Translations under genes and position numbers: made by a program
Source of the DNA: Bacillota bacterium
GTDB lineage: Bacteria; Bacillota; Clostridia; Oscillospirales; Ruminococcaceae
Direction of reading: 5' to 3'
DNA: 64,000 nucleotides
NCBI GenBank assembly: GCA_023396215.1
Contig: JAEWWW010000155.1
Coordinates: 2,530 to 66,529, forward strand
The notes under the pieces: generated by a model
What the model was told of the DNA's origin: nothing
Databases searched by the model: none
What the model saw: only the letters and a program-made list of their open reading frames with translations
In this document: positions 60,937-64,000 of the stretch, in pieces
Layout: each line of letters begins with the position of its first letter
How positions within the stretch are numbered: position 1 is the stretch's first letter

Positions 60937-62295
60937 CTAGATGGTGAGCACCCCGTTTTCGCTGATAACCAGAATGAGAATCTGCTCCTCCTCGCCGGTG
61001 ACGGCGTTGACATAGACCAGCACGTTCTGGTCGTTGCGGCCAAGGCATTTGAACTCATAGGTGAGCAGCTCGTTTTTGCCGGGGGAGGGGATAAGCGCCA
61101 GACGGTAGTCGGTAACCGCCAAATCGGGGCTGACCGAGGCCGCCGCCGCCGACGGCGTGATAGAGGGGGCGGGGAGCATCCGCTCCTTGTGGTTGCTGAT
61201 AAAGCCCCGCGCGTCAAAGAAGACCACCTCGCCGCTATCCATAGCCACCCCCACCTTAATCAGGTCGGTGTAGCAGATGATGTCCTTCTGCAGGTAAGCG
61301 TAGTTGATGGTGCAGATATTGTTGGCAATCTCGTAATAGGTGTCCTCCATCGACTCGATGCCCAGCGATTTCAGATAAGCATTGGCCTGCGCCCGGGCGT
61401 CGTCCACCGAGATGCGGGGGCTTTCCACATCGCGGGCGTTGGTCATATAGCTTACCAGCCCCCCCTGCTTGGTGACCGCCACGCTGATTTGGTCGGAGCC
61501 AAAGCAGTAGGAGGGCATGTTGGAGTTTTCATCCTGCACAAAGCTGATTTCGCCCGCCTTGACCCCGGCGGCGGTGGCGGCCTTGTTGCGGGCCTGCTCC
61601 CGCGAAACGCTGCTGAGGCTTTCCAGCAATTTGGGCTTGGTATCGGTGAGATGGGTGGAAAAAGGCCCGTCATAAATAAGCTGCGGGAAGCCCTCAAAGC
61701 TGGCCTCCATCTCTTTGAAGGTGCCCTGATCGGCTCCCTCGGCCTGGTCGCCCTCGGCGCCCTGCCCGCCGGTGTTCCAGTAGCGGCTGAGGATATCCTG
61801 CACCTTGATTTTGCCGGTGGAAACATCCTGCTCCAACTGGCGTATCTGCTCCTCCAGCTTGCGGGCATAATCCACCATCGATACCAGATTGTCCTTCTCC
61901 TCCTGGCTCACCTCCTGCCCCGAGGAGGCCTTGCGGGCGATGGCCATGGCGTAGTCGCCCACCTGCGACAAAAAGCGGTAGGTGTTGTCCAGCTGGGCCT
62001 CCCCCACCGGGATAGAGGTCAGGGCGGTTTTGGCGTTGCCCGCCTCGCGCCACAGCTTGGTGGAAAGGGTGGAAAGCTGCTTGGGAGTACCCGCGTAGGT
62101 GCCCTTATCCAAATCGGAGGAAATGACCGACATATTGGAAGAAAGCTCCTGCAAAGAGCGCAGGTAGGAGTACTCCAGCTGCAGGCGGTAAAGCTCCTGC
62201 TGCTGATAGGTGCGCCAGCCAAAAAAACCCAAAGCGGCCACGGCCGCAGCCGCGTAAGAAATCAGCCGGATAAAGGTGCGCCTTCGGATATACAT
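60937..62295 (-). CDS. ypeB: Germination protein YpeB (PepSY-domain, SleB partner)
   Basis: N-terminal TM anchor, long coiled region and C-terminal PepSY-like repeats. Length and motif order match YpeB. The ATG at 62295 follows GGGAGG. Confidence 0.85.
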   Translation of the reverse strand: MYIRRRTFIRLISYAAAAVAALGFFGWRTYQQQELYRLQLEYSYLRSLQELSSNMSVISSDLDKGTYAGTPKQLSTLSTKLWREAGNAKTALTSIPVGEAQLDNTYRFLSQVGDYAMAIARKASSGQEVSQEEKDNLVSMVDYARKLEEQIRQLEQDVSTGKIKVQDILSRYWNTGGQGAEGDQAEGADQGTFKEMEASFEGFPQLIYDGPFSTHLTDTKPKLLESLSSVSREQARNKAATAAGVKAGEISFVQDENSNMPSYCFGSDQISVAVTKQGGLVSYMTNARDVESPRISVDDARAQANAYLKSLGIESMEDTYYEIANNICTINYAYLQKDIICYTDLIKVGVAMDSGEVVFFDARGFISNHKERMLPAPSITPSAAAASVSPDLAVTDYRLALIPSPGKNELLTYEFKCLGRNDQNVLVYVNAVTGEEEQILILVISENGVLTI

Positions 62296-62520
62296 TGGAT
62301 TACCTCCCATAATAGGCCCCTGCGAAGCGGGATTACGGTGGTTAGCCGTATTTTTAAAGCTTCACAGATGGCCGGATGCTTTTTCACAGGCAGAATTGCC
62401 GCCCTGCCAGATAGCATTATTTTCACCACAAAGCCCCAAAAATATGACAGCTTTTGAAAAAAGCGGAGGATGTACAGGATGCAAGGGTGTTTTGCCCTTG
62501 CCAGCCCTGATTTTTGCACG

Positions 62521-62547
62521 CAAAAAACCGCCGCAAAAGCGGCGGTC
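62521..62547 (-). terminator. Rho-independent terminator
   Basis: Minus strand reads ACCGCCGC-TTTT-GCGGCGGT followed by TTTTTT. It lies about 215 nt after the nitroreductase stop. Confidence 0.7.
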
Positions 62548-62703
62548 TGGAGAGCCCGATAATGTTTTGTGGCGGGCCGATGTGGTCGGCGTTGCCGATG
62601 GCGATAGCGAACCCCCGACAGGGGGGCATCGGCTCCTACAACGGCATGGCGTAAGTGTTGTAGGGGCGACCTGTGGTCGCCCGCAAGATTGGCGCAGCAT
62701 ACC

Positions 62704-62746
62704 TCATCCCCTCTGGAGGGGCGTCGCCTGCGGCGAGGCGGTAAGG
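62704..62746 (+). repeat. Repeat family D-like, divergent copy 3
   Basis: TCATCCCCTCTGGAGGGGCGTCGCCTGCGGCGAGGCGGTAAGG has the same hairpin order (CCCCTC/GAGGGG, then a GC stem around TGC) as the D core. Confidence 0.4.
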
Positions 62747-62761
62747 ATGCCCCCGACAGCT

Positions 62762-63697
62762 CTAGTCGGCCCAGTTTACCGTGCCGGGCTTACGGGGCGG
62801 GGCAGTGGGCGGTTCCCCCTGCGGGTAGCCCACCGCCGCCGCACCGCAGATGACATGCTCCCGGGGCAGGCCCAGCCCGGCCAGAAAGTCGCGCAGGGCG
62901 GGGTCGTCCTCCAGCCAGCGCAGTTGGTTGACCCAGCAGCTGGCCAGCCCCATGCTGTGGGCCGCTAAAAAGATATTCTGTAAAGCGGCGGCGCAATCGG
63001 GCAGCGCGTTGGCATAGCCGGGCCGGTTTGAGGCGATAATCAGGGCAGGGGCATGGTAATAGAAGGAAAAACTTTCGCTTTGCGCCCGCTGCCTGGCGGC
63101 CGCTTTGGCGGAGTTTTGGCCGGGGTCGTCAGGCAGCGCCAAAAAGCCCTGCCGAACCAAAAGGTTCAGCCGCGCCAGCGTTTGGGGGGTGCGAATGACA
63201 GTGAAGAGCCAGCTTTGGTTGTTGCTGCCGCTGGGGGCAAAGGTCGCCGCCTCCAGCAGCTGCTCCAGCTCCCCTTGCAGCACCGGCCGCTGCTGGTAAC
63301 GGCGGACGCTGCGGCGTGTCAGAATGCAGTTCAGCACAGGGTTTTGCATGGTAAGACCTCCAGTCTTTGCGAAGCTTGGGTGTTCCCTCTCTTTGGGGGT
63401 GCGGCAGTGGGGCTTTAACCGGGGCAGCACCGCCCCGCAGGCTCGAACATTCTCCCGGGCCTGCGCAAGCGAAAGCCCGTGGTTTTGGTCGCTGGGCTCA
63501 TTTGGCGAGGCAATGAACAGGTCCACCTCCCAGAAGCAGACGGGGCAGATATAGGCGAGGGCGTCGCCGCCGCGGGGGATGGTTATAAAGCCGCAGCAGG
63601 GGCAGGGAGCATCACCCACCACCTCCGGCGGCTCGGGCGGGGGGCCGCGGTACCCATCATCGCCATAGGACGCGGTGGGCAGATATGGCATTTTCAT
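62762..63697 (-). CDS. Open reading frame joining an N-terminal Cys-rich CPCC-type domain to a nitroreductase domain (the nitroreductase may also be expressed alone from ATG 63349)
   Basis: Residues 1-116 include CPCCGFITIPRGG...YICPVCFWEVD (Cys_rich_CPCC-like). From MQNPVLNCILTRRSVRRYQ onward it is a typical 195-aa nitroreductase. No stop codon separates the two parts. An internal GGAGG lies 8 nt before ATG 63349. Confidence 0.8.
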   Translation of the reverse strand: MKMPYLPTASYGDDGYRGPPPEPPEVVGDAPCPCCGFITIPRGGDALAYICPVCFWEVDLFIASPNEPSDQNHGLSLAQARENVRACGAVLPRLKPHCRTPKEREHPSFAKTGGLTMQNPVLNCILTRRSVRRYQQRPVLQGELEQLLEAATFAPSGSNNQSWLFTVIRTPQTLARLNLLVRQGFLALPDDPGQNSAKAAARQRAQSESFSFYYHAPALIIASNRPGYANALPDCAAALQNIFLAAHSMGLASCWVNQLRWLEDDPALRDFLAGLGLPREHVICGAAAVGYPQGEPPTAPPRKPGTVNWAD

Positions 63698-64000
63698 CCA
63701 CAGCTACCTCAATTTTTTCCAGAATAATCCATAAAAATTGTTGTTTATTGCACTATCTTACTGCATTATGATTTGAAAAACAACTGCCTGTGCGGTATAA
63801 TAATCGCGGGCGATTATGATACCATTTATTATAATGCCCACCTACGGTGATGGCGAATGACGCCGCGACGCCGCCTTGCGGCTGCGGCCTCATATCCGCG
63901 GATGCTTACTATAGTACGCTTCTGGCACCTACCTAATATAGTACCATAATTCTTTGTGATTATAGTAGATTAATATTTTAGTACTTTCGCACCAAAGCGC

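Noticed and set aside
60510-61217. Small ORFs starting at the two GGGAGGGGA-ATG units, considered as RiPP precursor peptides for the adjacent radical SAM/SPASM enzyme.
   Set aside because: The predicted peptides are Arg/Gly/Pro-rich, and the first (MRNRKRGGYRQQGV...) has no Cys residues at all. SPASM substrates such as sactipeptides, ranthipeptides and SCIFF are Cys-rich. SD-to-ATG spacing is only about 1-3 nt. The G-rich motif is also one arm of a perfect hairpin. The radical SAM protein is colinear with anSME rather than with RiPP maturases.
63350-63697. Stand-alone CPCC-domain gene upstream of the nitroreductase.
   Set aside because: No in-frame stop codon separates it from the nitroreductase. 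I therefore report it as one ORF with a possible internal start rather than as two genes.

Overview
Visibly GC-rich chromosomal segment from a spore-forming Firmicute. It is Clostridia-like: spoIIID, sleB, ypeB and an AbrB-type regulator are all present. The window spans the replication origin. To the left of about 27 kb lies the minus-strand block gyrA-gyrB-remB-recF-yaaA-dnaN-dnaA. A well-formed oriC sits in the dnaA-dnaN spacer, with five TGTGAACAA-type DnaA boxes, five tandem TAG DnaA-trios and an AT-rich unwinding element. To the right, on the plus strand, are mnmE-mnmG-rsmG, a Noc-like ParB, soj, spo0J (a near-consensus parS lies in the spacer between the Noc-like ParB gene and soj) and serS. 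Further right is a displaced rpmH-rnpA-yidD-yidC-jag block, followed by a complete purine-biosynthesis cluster: purL on the minus strand, and purE-purC-purF-purM-purN-purO-purH-purD on the plus strand. The left third carries hflX, lexA, sleB, an sgc-like sugar-phosphate operon with a SorC regulator, spoIIID, an XRE/AbrB pair, tRNA-Met and tRNA-Glu, and guaB. I found no CRISPR array, no rRNA, no transposase or integrase, and no recognisable defence, toxin or biosynthetic island, so the coding content is mostly ordinary housekeeping. The unusual signal is non-coding. At least five unrelated short repeat families, 13 copies in total, occupy the larger intergenic spacers, including spacers inside conserved operons (rpmH/rnpA and purE/purC). 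Three of the families are length-matched at 166-176 bp, have terminal inverted repeats, and fold into multi-hairpin structures (MITE- or REP-like, or structured RNA). One further family forms about 200-bp direct repeats that bracket the XRE/AbrB pair beside the tRNA genes. Another is a 49-bp perfect duplicate next to an orphan radical SAM/SPASM gene. Other leads are an unassigned promoter-leader-terminator unit upstream of purE, a heavily structured 3' region after a nitroreductase gene, and an AT-rich edge region with TAGTA repeats. All calls rest on reading the sequence and on remembered family motifs. No database search was run.
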